This document shows, one piece after another, positions 49,574 to 58,797 of a stretch of 64,000 nt of DNA (the stretch's first letter is position 1; the number at the start of each line of letters is the position of its first letter). The position numbers and the translations under genes were made by a program. Source of the DNA: a virus (lineage: Duplodnaviria; Caudoviricetes); the IMG/VR virus record IMGVR_UViG_3300021387_001337, positions 6,483-70,482 of that record, one strand, 5' to 3'. The notes below the pieces were generated by a model. The model was not told the DNA's origin, searched no databases, and saw only the letters and a program-made list of their open reading frames with translations.

Positions 49574-50245
49574 TTAATACTCTTCAAACCACTCTATACC
49601 ATAGCCATTTTGACTAATAAGAATGGAGTTAATCTCTTGCCAAATGTCAGAAGGCATTTTCTGCTTCTGACGAGCATACCATGAAGGGTGTCTGATTCTA
49701 ATCACATGATTGAACTGCTTGTTAATGTATGGCTCCAGTGTCTGAGCCTGAGTTCCCATGAGTACATAAACCAGCCCTGTATGGTACATTGAGAGATTAG
49801 TGAGTAAGGACTTGATGAAAGGCCTCCATAAGAGAGTATGGCTTCCTACCCTTCCTACTTCACAGGAAAGTGCTGAGTTTAACAACAGCACCCCCTGTGC
49901 TTCCCACTTCTCCAAATCTGAAGCAAAGTTAATGGTTCTGTGGGGGATTGTATAATCAATAACTGATTCCTTAAGAACTTCTAAGGAGGGGGAATATTGC
50001 GATTCTGGTGTATCAGGGCTATTGGCAAAGGCAATTCCTGTAGCTACTCCTTTCTGGGGATAGGGGTCCTGAGCAAGTATTACTACACGAAGATTACTGA
50101 GAGAACACAATCTGAAGGCTTTGAATACATCTTTAAGTTGAGGACAAATAGAATAAGAAGAGACTGATAGTTTCTTTATGATTCTATCAGCCTCTTGTAA
50201 GTCTACTACCTTAGACCAGTCTCCAAAATACTCTTGTATAGTCAT
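49574..50245 (-). CDS. ung: Uracil-DNA glycosylase (family 1)
   Basis: ILAQDPYP, GVLLLN, HPSW. Confidence 0.92.
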   Translation of the reverse strand: MTIQEYFGDWSKVVDLQEADRIIKKLSVSSYSICPQLKDVFKAFRLCSLSNLRVVILAQDPYPQKGVATGIAFANSPDTPESQYSPSLEVLKESVIDYTIPHRTINFASDLEKWEAQGVLLLNSALSCEVGRVGSHTLLWRPFIKSLLTNLSMYHTGLVYVLMGTQAQTLEPYINKQFNHVIRIRHPSWYARQKQKMPSDIWQEINSILISQNGYGIEWFEEY

Positions 50246-51009
50246 CTTTGCAATAATTCATCTATATGGTCAAGTGCTAATTGTAGTAGATCTTTGTTGG
50301 TAACAGAAATAGAAGGAACCTCTGACTTCTTAATAGTAAAAGGACACTCATCAATTTCTACCTTTACCTGCCAGCAACCCCTATGTGAGAAGGGTGCTCC
50401 TTGTTCCAAGAAAAAGGCTGTATTAGGATGGCAGGGAGTATAGATGAGATTGTTGAGACTGCTGACTAGTGCCTTGTTTACAATAAATCTTTGTAGGGCA
50501 TCTTCTTTTGATACACATATACCAGGGTTAATCCTAAGTATAGGTCTTTTATAGTAGTATTTTATCCTGCCTTCACTATCACTTTTCTTTTCCAATATCC
50601 ATGATAGCATCATCAGAGGCTTAAAATTGGAGTTAAAGATACTCCCAAAAGTGCAATAATATGCATCGGCAGCATTAGGAATAGACACCTTTGTAAGATG
50701 TTTTGAGAATTTGGTAGACAAACAATCTCTCATAATTGCATCAAGTGACTTATAATCAGAGCTAAGACCACAAGAATACAATTCAGCTACTAGCATATCA
50801 GTATGCAGTGACTGCCTATTTATATCTAAAAAAGCATCAAAGGCAAACGCAGGCACTTCAATAACATCTTGATTAATGGGAATCTCCATAAATAGAGCAG
50901 AAGTGGTACGAATATTGGGTGTAGTCCTATAGCCATATCTTCTCAATACAGAATTTGAATCACTATCCTGAAAGATTGAACGAATAACAGAGTCAAGTGT
51001 TGCAGCCAT
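50242..51009 (-). CDS. Hypothetical protein coupled to the E1 and UDG genes
   Basis: TAATG overlap with the ThiF stop; ATGA overlap with the UDG start. Confidence 0.75.
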   Translation of the reverse strand: MAATLDSVIRSIFQDSDSNSVLRRYGYRTTPNIRTTSALFMEIPINQDVIEVPAFAFDAFLDINRQSLHTDMLVAELYSCGLSSDYKSLDAIMRDCLSTKFSKHLTKVSIPNAADAYYCTFGSIFNSNFKPLMMLSWILEKKSDSEGRIKYYYKRPILRINPGICVSKEDALQRFIVNKALVSSLNNLIYTPCHPNTAFFLEQGAPFSHRGCWQVKVEIDECPFTIKKSEVPSISVTNKDLLQLALDHIDELLQR

Positions 51010-52295
51010 TACTTAATAGTTTTAAAGATCATATTTTGTGCATCATACTCAGTAAAGAAAGGCAAGTCATAAGGAATGGCTGGATTAAGAGTATTAGCTA
51101 CCCAATTGGTAAATAGGTTTACTATGACTGAACCAATCATACAAGCAAGATAGGTGGTCTGCTTGAGTGAACACTGAGTGGCATCTGCCTCTGCATCAGT
51201 GAAGAGATACTTATGCTGATATTCACTGAGAGCCCATTCGTTATCTCCTGTAATACAAAATACCTGAAGAGTATCTATTGACAATCTGCCATCCAACAGC
51301 AAGCACTTGTATCTTTCCTCATCAGGCTTACTATTTACATGTTCTAACCATTTACTAAAGAAAACTCTTCTAGCTGTCATATTGTCAAAGCCACAAATCA
51401 TAATATCACCAGCCTCATAGTTTTGTGTAAACTTATCTTTAATGGCATAGATACTCCTCATGGTAGTATAGCTACGTATCATATCAGCCATAGCATCTAC
51501 TTTTGCTTTACCTATATCTTCTATACAGTAAAGCTGTCCTGACATGTTAGCTTGTTCTACTATATCATCATCATACATGAAGAGGGCTTCAGGATTCATA
51601 CGGGCTAACTGAAGGACAGTCCAAGAACCAATACCCCCACAACCTGCAAGAATAATACGGGCCTTCTGAATTGCATTATACCATTCAGTGCCTGAAAATC
51701 TGGAGGTAGCGTCATTTATCAGTAGGGTAGAAGAGTTGGGAGCTAGCAGAAGTTCTGTTATAGAAGGCTCTTGCTGTTCTGCTACATCAAATGCCTCCAT
51801 ATCATCCTGAGATACTTCTTCATCAGGATTTTCATTAACACCCTGAACACCCTGATTAGTTCCCTCATGGATAACAGGAACATCTATAACTTCTCCATTT
51901 GGCAAATGAAAGTGTATATCATGAGGTTCCACTCCAGATTCAAGATGCATCCCCATATTAACAGGGGTCACACTTCTAGATTCTATCAGTTCATCCCAGT
52001 CTCTGTCTTCTTCTGCATCAAGATCCCTGCCTTCTCCACTATTCTCATTATACTCGTCAGTATTCTCTCCTTCTTCCTCTTCCTCAACCTCTTCTGCTTC
52101 ATCATACTCTGGCTCTTGGAAACCATTGTCTGCAAGAATGTCATTGAAATCATCAAGAGGAATATTAGAAGATGGAGATTCTCCCTGATGTTGCTGTGAT
52201 ATAACAGATACTGTATCAGAGCTTGCAGGAACAGTTATTTCCCTATTTCCCTCACTAATACCCAGAGAATTCAACCAATCATCTAGATTATTCAT
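51009..52295 (-). CDS. E1-like ThiF/MoeB adenylating enzyme with acidic N-terminal extension
   Basis: GCGGIG, YDDDIVEQANMSGQ, KAKV, CGFDNMTAR, LDGR; candidate catalytic Cys in ATQCSLKQT. Confidence 0.9.
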   Translation of the reverse strand: MNNLDDWLNSLGISEGNREITVPASSDTVSVISQQHQGESPSSNIPLDDFNDILADNGFQEPEYDEAEEVEEEEEGENTDEYNENSGEGRDLDAEEDRDWDELIESRSVTPVNMGMHLESGVEPHDIHFHLPNGEVIDVPVIHEGTNQGVQGVNENPDEEVSQDDMEAFDVAEQQEPSITELLLAPNSSTLLINDATSRFSGTEWYNAIQKARIILAGCGGIGSWTVLQLARMNPEALFMYDDDIVEQANMSGQLYCIEDIGKAKVDAMADMIRSYTTMRSIYAIKDKFTQNYEAGDIMICGFDNMTARRVFFSKWLEHVNSKPDEERYKCLLLDGRLSIDTLQVFCITGDNEWALSEYQHKYLFTDAEADATQCSLKQTTYLACMIGSVIVNLFTNWVANTLNPAIPYDLPFFTEYDAQNMIFKTIK

Positions 52296-53601
52296 AAATG
52301 TAACGCATTAAAACTTCTTTATAATCATCCATATAAACATTTACACCATCAGGAGCATACTGATATAGTTCAGTATATATAGCAGAGGCAACTTTACTCT
52401 GAATTAACTCCCAGTCGTCAATAATTTCTGAAGGAATGTCATCATCATCAATCAAATATTGATTTGTCATAAACTCTACTATAAACTCCTTCCACTCATT
52501 AAACTGAGAAGATTCATTGCCATCAGGTCCAAATATTTCCCCATACTTCTTATTCATCCATCGGTTTATCCATTGTTTCAGGTCTATGTTATCACTTACT
52601 ATAAGGGAGCAAGTAACCATTTGACAGACTAACTTATGAATAATAGTTGGATCTGGTTCCCATTTAGAAGTATCTATCTTACCCATTTCCTCCTCAGAGA
52701 AGAGTGTAGGCTCTTGATTAAATGTTTCTTTAGTTTCCGCAGCTTTCTTTTCATTCTGCCAGTCACGGAAGGAATAGTCCTCATCAAAATCCCTAAGTGC
52801 TGGATTAATTATCTTAGTACCATTAGGAATCCAAGGACTTTTGCTATTGTTAGAAGTGTTAACAGTAGGAGTTACAGGAGTTACTACAGCCTTTTTCTTC
52901 TTAGCCTCAATCTCATCAAATCTTGTATCAAGATAGGCCAAAGGATTGTCTACCTTCTCTACTTGAATATCCAGCATAAAGTACTCAATAACTTCTTTAT
53001 CAATTATCTGAGTACTTTCAGACATAGTATCTTCTCCAGTTTTGATAGTCCCTTCTCCAAAGAACTCATAACTTGTGCCAAGAGATTTAGTTACTACTTC
53101 AGACTTGGATTGAATCTTTCTTGTTAAAGCAGCTACATAAGTACCTCTGGTATCTACTACAAGTGATACAAAGCAGTTAGTATCATTACCTTCACTCCTT
53201 ATAGTATTAAAGTCTGTCCCACTTATAAACGCACCTAGTTGGTGATGTGAATGCACCAAGCCTATATCACAACCAAAGAGATCAATATTATCAGCAATAT
53301 ATCCAACCACACTTTCATCCATCTTAAAGTCAGTGAAAGTGCCAGAGCCTAAATCCATAGGGAATATGTCCTGACAGTGAATCTCTAAGTCATCTTGCTT
53401 AAAACTGCCAGTATGATTATAGAATAATACTCCAGACCATTCAGTAGATGGAAACTTGCGGATAAGATATCTGATTTTTTCTTCTACATTGCGAGGTACA
53501 AAGAGTTTATAGGTAGTAGACGCTTTGATGAGTGGGGGCAGGGAGGGCTGTTGCTGAAGAGCTGGAGCTAGCATCCTGCTGGTGTTGTCTTGTATATTCA
53601 T
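52288..53601 (-). CDS. JAB/JAMM metallo-isopeptidase
   Basis: TEWSG...HSHHQLGAFISGTD is an exact E...HxH-x7-S-x2-D motif. Confidence 0.9.
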   Translation of the reverse strand: MNIQDNTSRMLAPALQQQPSLPPLIKASTTYKLFVPRNVEEKIRYLIRKFPSTEWSGVLFYNHTGSFKQDDLEIHCQDIFPMDLGSGTFTDFKMDESVVGYIADNIDLFGCDIGLVHSHHQLGAFISGTDFNTIRSEGNDTNCFVSLVVDTRGTYVAALTRKIQSKSEVVTKSLGTSYEFFGEGTIKTGEDTMSESTQIIDKEVIEYFMLDIQVEKVDNPLAYLDTRFDEIEAKKKKAVVTPVTPTVNTSNNSKSPWIPNGTKIINPALRDFDEDYSFRDWQNEKKAAETKETFNQEPTLFSEEEMGKIDTSKWEPDPTIIHKLVCQMVTCSLIVSDNIDLKQWINRWMNKKYGEIFGPDGNESSQFNEWKEFIVEFMTNQYLIDDDDIPSEIIDDWELIQSKVASAIYTELYQYAPDGVNVYMDDYKEVLMRYIYE

Positions 53602-55894
53602 TTGTATAATGATAATTTATGATTTTAAGAATGTTATTCAATATATACATGGAGAGACTATGACTGAGCACAATACTCTCCTGAGGAGTGAATTCAGTAG
53701 AACCGCTGATTTTCAAAGTGACATCATTACCCTTGAAGGTGCATACTTTCTTGCCTATATAGTCTTCCAACCTCAAGTTGTCCAGACTTCTGGAACCATT
53801 AGGATCAAAGAACTTGCCTCCAGCTACTATAGCACGATTAATAATTTGCCTATCGAACATTCTAGAAACAAGACTTTTCTCTACATAGTATTTATTAATC
53901 CAGTCTATAAAAGCATTACTAACATCAAGAATATATTCATAATATGACATACCAACTATAAAATGATCCTGCTGATAACTAATTGCTAGATGTCCATTCT
54001 TTAGGTAATATTGAATGAATTTCTGAAGGCCTGCCCTAGTGAGGGTATGCTCAACTTGATTTAGTATATTACCTGCTTCACACTCATTAAATCTATTATA
54101 GTCCCTCAGATTTGAATTAATATTGACTTCCTCAAGATGTCTGTAAGGCACCCCACTAAGAGATTCTACAGTAACATACCTAGATAGTTCTTCACAAAAA
54201 AGCATCCATTTAATTTCATCAAAGCCCTCGGAGAAAGCACTTTGCAGACTATGAATGGTATCTTTGATGGGCCCTGTACCTAAGCATGGGTCTTGAAAAA
54301 CTGTCAAATCATCCTTCGGAATACTACAAATATGAGACATTTTGTTATCACTAAGGCTCTTTATCCTTAGTATCTTGTTTTTATATACTTACTGTATCTG
54401 TTATATATGTGGTATAACAATCTTTTGTTTATACTTTTACAAAAAATTTAGGAATTATGAAAAAAGTACAATTAAAAGATTTTGATTCTCAAATTGTCAA
54501 ATTGAAGACAGACGGTCTTAGTTATGAAGAAATTGCTAGTATTTTACATTTAAAGAAAAATTCAGTTGTAGCCTATATAAAAAGGCTTTATCCAGAACTC
54601 AAGACTTTAAATATGATTAGAGGCAATACTTCTTATTTCCATAATATAGATAGTTATGCCAAAGCCTATTTACTAGGTTTTATAGCTGCTGATGGGGCTA
54701 TAGTTAAGCAACGCAACACTACATATTTAACAATAACTATTAACTATGAAGATAAATCTGTTCTTGAATTTTTACAATCGGAACTACAAGATCATAGAAA
54801 ATTAACAGAAATCATAAAAGCATCTTCTTTTGATGCTAATAAAAAGATTCACCATATTCGTTTTTGTATAGGTTCATCTGAGATAGCCGAAGATTTACAA
54901 AACATTGGTATAACTCCAAATAAAAGCTTAACTATGGGTAACATTATTACTAATATACCCTTGAACTATAGAGATGCTTTTATTATTGGTTATTTTGATG
55001 GTGATGGAAGTGTTAGTAGAATACAACATTCTCCTAATAATAGGAGTTTAATCATACAGATAAGGGGAACATTCTCCTTTTTAGAAGGGATTTCCAATCA
55101 TCTATGTATTCCAACTTCTTTTATTAAACAATATGATTCAATATCACAATTAAATATAACAAATAAGAAGTATATATCCAGATTTTTCCAATGTTATGCA
55201 AACTTACCTTTTTACTTTAAAAGGAAATATGATAAGTTTGATAATTGGATTTGTCCAGATAAAAGGTATAAACAAGTTCAGACTATATCATCATCTGTAG
55301 CATAAAACTACAGAGCTGGGCACTCGTGTCACTATTATATTCTGCAATTAGCAGTTTCAAGTGTTAGTCGTTGAACCTTCCAAAGGTTTTTGCACCTAAG
55401 GCTTGGCTGCTGATTGTCTGCTTTTTCAGATTTTCCAGCAATTCACCCAGTTTAAACTGCACTCTTAGTTAATGCATATAATCACAAACCCACTGTTCTA
55501 GGGTGTAAGTTGATCTATTGAGAGTAAAACCTCTATACTCTACAGGAATCATGCCTTTGGCATCAAGTGTTATTTTTGCATACAAGTCATATATTAATAT
55601 AGACCTATCATTTTCATTAGTTACCTTGACTGTAGGCCAATACACTAAGATAAAAGGATGGATGCCTGCATAACTTCTGGCAACACCATTGAATGTTCTG
55701 CCATCTGCTTCATAACCACTACCATCCTCTCTCATAGGAATCTCAGCAACAGCAAAGGATTCAGCTATAGTATCATCATCTGGAAGACCTTGAAGGTCAA
55801 CAAACCCCTCTCCAAAGTAATTTTGGAATACCTCATAGACATTATAGACATCAGTAAAAGCCTTATGCCTGAAATCATTGATTGTGTAAAACAT
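53507..55894 (-). CDS. Prokaryotic E2 (UBC-fold)-like protein, spliced: exon 1 55472-55894 plus exon 2 53507-54337 (417 aa)
   Basis: Joining gives DYMH|SHICSIPKDDLTVFQDPCLG, an E2-type HxH...C-L-G active site; the frame is preserved exactly. Confidence 0.8.
54408..54439 (+). promoter_or_regulatory. Candidate internal promoter for the antisense endonuclease
   Basis: TGTG-N20-TACTTTTA, 17 nt before the ATG; one mismatch in each element. Confidence 0.4.
54457..55305 (+). CDS. Double-motif LAGLIDADG homing endonuclease, antisense to the host intron
   Basis: YLLGFIAADG and FIIGYFDGDG; N-terminal HTH-like LSYEEIASILHLKKNSV; very AT-rich. Confidence 0.92.
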   Translation: MKKVQLKDFDSQIVKLKTDGLSYEEIASILHLKKNSVVAYIKRLYPELKTLNMIRGNTSYFHNIDSYAKAYLLGFIAADGAIVKQRNTTYLTITINYEDKSVLEFLQSELQDHRKLTEIIKASSFDANKKIHHIRFCIGSSEIAEDLQNIGITPNKSLTMGNIITNIPLNYRDAFIIGYFDGDGSVSRIQHSPNNRSLIIQIRGTFSFLEGISNHLCIPTSFIKQYDSISQLNITNKKYISRFFQCYANLPFYFKRKYDKFDNWICPDKRYKQVQTISSSVA

Positions 55895-55926
55895 TGCTCT
55901 ATGTATAATAATAAGGTGGAAAATAA

Positions 55927-55955
55927 TAGGGCAGGATAACTTAATACCCTGCCCA
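55927..55955 (-). terminator. Hairpin/attenuator between the Ubl and E2 genes
   Basis: Minus strand reads ATGGGCAGGGTA-TTAAGT-TATCCTGCCCTAT then TATTTT. Confidence 0.6.
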
Positions 55956-55987
55956 TTGACACAACCAAATTCAAAAACAGCTATGAG

Positions 55988-56743
55988 TTAGTGCCTAATG
56001 CTTCTCATCATATCATTCATATCATCTGCAGTTATCTCAAGCTTCTCTTCTTCCAAGCGGTGGGCCAGCTCTGTGAGTAGGTTTGCCAATGCGGTCACAT
56101 CTTCACTGGATAACAGATTCTCCTTGACCATAGACTTGATGCCAGTATAAAACCATTCCACTGTGTTTGCATGAGGAGCAGTAGCAAGTACTTTCTCAGG
56201 AGTATTTACTTCCTCCTTCACCTTCCCCAGGTCTTTCAGTTCCTCACGAACCTCATTGATAGCCTCTTTATTGCTAGAAATATTTTTCTCAGCAGTATTA
56301 GCAAAGAAGTTAATCAGCTTATCACTAGAGATACGAGTCCAATTGTCACCAAACCCTGCCTTAATAGCCTCTCCAAGATTATTCTTCTTAATATAATCTC
56401 CAAACTCCTTACGATTAGTAGGATATGCACCTGAGCGAATTTGCTTGTTAGTATTAGTCAGCAACATTACCAGATTGTTAGTAGTCTGACCTTTAAACTG
56501 TACATTAGTAGGCAGCTGAGTTTCAGGTGAGAGTAGCTGAGTTTTGGTGATACCTTCAGTAAATGTGAGTCCCGAAATATTAATGGGTGATTCATTCTTA
56601 ATCCAAGTCTGGCCAACCATCTTATAGACATTCTCATTACGACGAATAGCATCTTGAAGCTGCCCTAAAGTCTCTGCATCTGTCACTACACGATATTTAC
56701 TCTGATCACGATTGTTGGCAATTAATATTTCACGTTCTGTCAT
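55988..56743 (-). CDS. Putative ubiquitin-like (beta-grasp) precursor with C-terminal extension
   Basis: N-terminal about 105 aa with a beta-grasp-like pattern (REILIA...YRVVTDAETLGQL...NNLVMLLT) ending KQIRSG|A; first gene of the E2-JAB-E1 run. Confidence 0.6.
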   Translation of the reverse strand: MTEREILIANNRDQSKYRVVTDAETLGQLQDAIRRNENVYKMVGQTWIKNESPINISGLTFTEGITKTQLLSPETQLPTNVQFKGQTTNNLVMLLTNTNKQIRSGAYPTNRKEFGDYIKKNNLGEAIKAGFGDNWTRISSDKLINFFANTAEKNISSNKEAINEVREELKDLGKVKEEVNTPEKVLATAPHANTVEWFYTGIKSMVKENLLSSEDVTALANLLTELAHRLEEEKLEITADDMNDMMRSIRH

Positions 56744-56761
56744 AATATAAAAGCTTTTAAA

Positions 56762-57784
56762 TTAATGAAATAATGTTTCTAATCTCTTGAAATCTTCTTT
56801 GTTTGTGAGGGACTTATAATAATCACTGAAATCTTTCTCTGTCCCTAAATCAGGTACAATAAAAGGAAAACCTGTTTTATCTGAGAGGTTTTTAGCATCT
56901 TTCTTACCTGCTTCATCTGTATCAAAGCAGATAAAAACTTTCTTATATCTCCTTTTGAGTTCCTTGACAGCAGTGTCACTGATGTTATAGCCTTCTCCCT
57001 GAGGAGCAATAGCGGGTATATGGCATTGACAGGACAGTACTAATGCATCTTTAAGGCTACTACAGATAACTATTCTGTCTCCCTCCTGAGGTACTTTAGT
57101 CCATAAAGAGATAACACTGGCATCCATACAAGAGCACCACTTAAATCCCTTTGTGTTCAAGGGTTGGTATATCTTCATTGATAGCTTACCTTCCTTGTAT
57201 TCTGTAAACACATAAGCAAGTTTGTCAGCAGGAAATGTATATTTTCTTGTTTTACCTGTTTCTTTATCCCTCTTAGTGATTATCTTATGACTAATCGGCA
57301 ATACACCAACATACTTCAGCCAAGGTTTTGTGATACCATAGCTTCCCCAATATTCCTCATCATACTTCTGCCAAGGTCTGACCTTTACTTCTATCTTGGT
57401 GAGTTCAGAAGATTCCTTTCTAGTCAGAGTTTTAATTTGCTTCATCTTAAACTCTACATCAGAACCTTCCTGTTTCTGCATAACTTCAAGTATCTTGTCA
57501 AACACTTGATTGAAGGTACAATTCCACTTTTTACAGAGTAAATCTAACAAACTACCTTTGGTTTCACTCTCTCCAAAGTCCTTAAATCTGATGTGCTTGT
57601 TATCATCCAGATAGATACTGAATGAAGGATTGTTGTCTGCTCTAAATGGAGAATGTATCCTACAAGGAATACTAGTAATCTCTGGGAATACAGCTGTCAG
57701 TATTCTAATTTCTGAGTACTTCTCAAATAACTCAGGTATAGAGATACTGGTTGAGGTTTTGCCTACTATCATAAGATTTATCAC
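56762..57784 (-). CDS. DNA primase (DnaG-like, TOPRIM)
   Basis: IHSPFRADNNPSF...FKDFG; CSSLKDA; CFDTDEAG. Confidence 0.85.
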   Translation of the reverse strand: MINLMIVGKTSTSISIPELFEKYSEIRILTAVFPEITSIPCRIHSPFRADNNPSFSIYLDDNKHIRFKDFGESETKGSLLDLLCKKWNCTFNQVFDKILEVMQKQEGSDVEFKMKQIKTLTRKESSELTKIEVKVRPWQKYDEEYWGSYGITKPWLKYVGVLPISHKIITKRDKETGKTRKYTFPADKLAYVFTEYKEGKLSMKIYQPLNTKGFKWCSCMDASVISLWTKVPQEGDRIVICSSLKDALVLSCQCHIPAIAPQGEGYNISDTAVKELKRRYKKVFICFDTDEAGKKDAKNLSDKTGFPFIVPDLGTEKDFSDYYKSLTNKEDFKRLETLFH

Positions 57785-57809
57785 TTAAAGGGTTAAAGGA
57801 AAAGGAATT

Positions 57810-57845
57810 GGGAGGAGGTTAAAATGAGAAAAAAATCCTCCTCCC
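57810..57845 (-). terminator. Hairpin/terminator between the SSB and primase genes
   Basis: GGGAGGAGG...CCTCCTCCC inverted repeat. Confidence 0.55.
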
Positions 57846-57858
57846 TGAGTATCTGCAA

Positions 57859-58797
57859 CTACTCATCCCAAGGCATACCACCACCATTAGCAGGTGCATC
57901 AAACGGCATGTCACCTGTTGTATCTGTGGGCTTTTCCAAGTTAGTAGGCTCTACAGTCCACTCCTGGAGCTCACAGACTCTATAGTCAATGTTCTGATAA
58001 GCACCATTCTGCTTTGCATTTACCAAGTCCTTCTCAAGTTTAGTTACTGCATTCATATTAGCAGCATTACTAAGAATCAGCTCACCTCTGGTACAAACGG
58101 CCTGATACTGCTTGCCCTCATCAGTAGTTCGAACACCATAGAGCAGCTTTACCTTATTATTAGGCTGGAGAGAAATAGCCTCCTTGAGTTCCTTAAAGTC
58201 ACCTTTAAAATAGTCCTTAATATGCTCTAAGCCAAATACACACTCCTGAGCATTCTCCTTCTTAATCCACTGGCCATTAACATAGTTAAAGGCATCTGCA
58301 ACACAAAGATACTTCTTCAAAAAAGCCACCAGATCACACTCTCCTACACAAGCCATACGATACTTGGTATCAATCTTCTGAGGGTTGCCATTAGCACCTA
58401 CAAGTGCCTTACCAGCCTTTGCATCTTCTACATTGGCCCATGTGTAATTTCCATATTGGTCAATTACTCTTACCTTAGTCTGGTCTTTATTATAATCAGG
58501 AGCCATACGCAGAGTAATCATTGCTCTTGATTTTAGTTCAATACCATTGTTAGCCTCAGGGTCTGTCTGAATCAGGAAAGTAATATGAGCCTCTTTGCCA
58601 TTCTCTCCATCCTTTACATACTCAGGTTCTGCCTGAGACTCAAAGCCAAAGAACTCATCAATCTCCTTCTTAGTAGGCTGCACACCTTTAACATAAGTAC
58701 TACCTACACCTACATAACGCTTGAAACTTTCACCTGCTTCTTTACTCTCCTGTGTCTTGCCAATTGCAAGAAAACTATAACCATTAATTTTCTTCAT
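57859..58797 (-). CDS. Putative single-stranded DNA-binding protein
   Basis: Position in the replication block; acidic/aromatic tail DMPFDAPANGGGMPWDE. Confidence 0.55.
   Translation of the reverse strand: MKKINGYSFLAIGKTQESKEAGESFKRYVGVGSTYVKGVQPTKKEIDEFFGFESQAEPEYVKDGENGKEAHITFLIQTDPEANNGIELKSRAMITLRMAPDYNKDQTKVRVIDQYGNYTWANVEDAKAGKALVGANGNPQKIDTKYRMACVGECDLVAFLKKYLCVADAFNYVNGQWIKKENAQECVFGLEHIKDYFKGDFKELKEAISLQPNNKVKLLYGVRTTDEGKQYQAVCTRGELILSNAANMNAVTKLEKDLVNAKQNGAYQNIDYRVCELQEWTVEPTNLEKPTDTTGDMPFDAPANGGGMPWDE

Larger units (their letters stand above)
54338..55471 (-). mobile_element. Group I intron (IA2-like), 1134 nt
   Basis: 5' splice site after U (CAU|UAA); P1 UGCAU/GUGCA with U.G; P AAUUGCUGGAAA (55432-55443), Q AAUCAGCAGCC (55405-55415), R GGUUCAACGACUA (55365-55377), S GAUAUAGUCUGAAC (55276-55289); P3 CUGGGU/GCCCAG; P8 CUGUAG/CUACAG; terminal G at 54338. 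Confidence 0.92.

Noticed and set aside
51009-52295. ThiF protein as a thiamine/molybdopterin sulfur-transfer enzyme
   Set aside because: No ThiS/MoaD-size protein ending in GG, ThiG or Moa genes nearby; the neighbours are E2- and JAB-like, which fits conjugation better.
53507-54340. Track ORF starting at ATG 54340 as an independent gene
   Set aside because: The G of that ATG is the intron's terminal G; the ORF is exon 2 of the E2 gene.
55469-55894. Track ORF of 141 aa as an independent gene
   Set aside because: Its TAA is the first three bases of the intron; it is exon 1.
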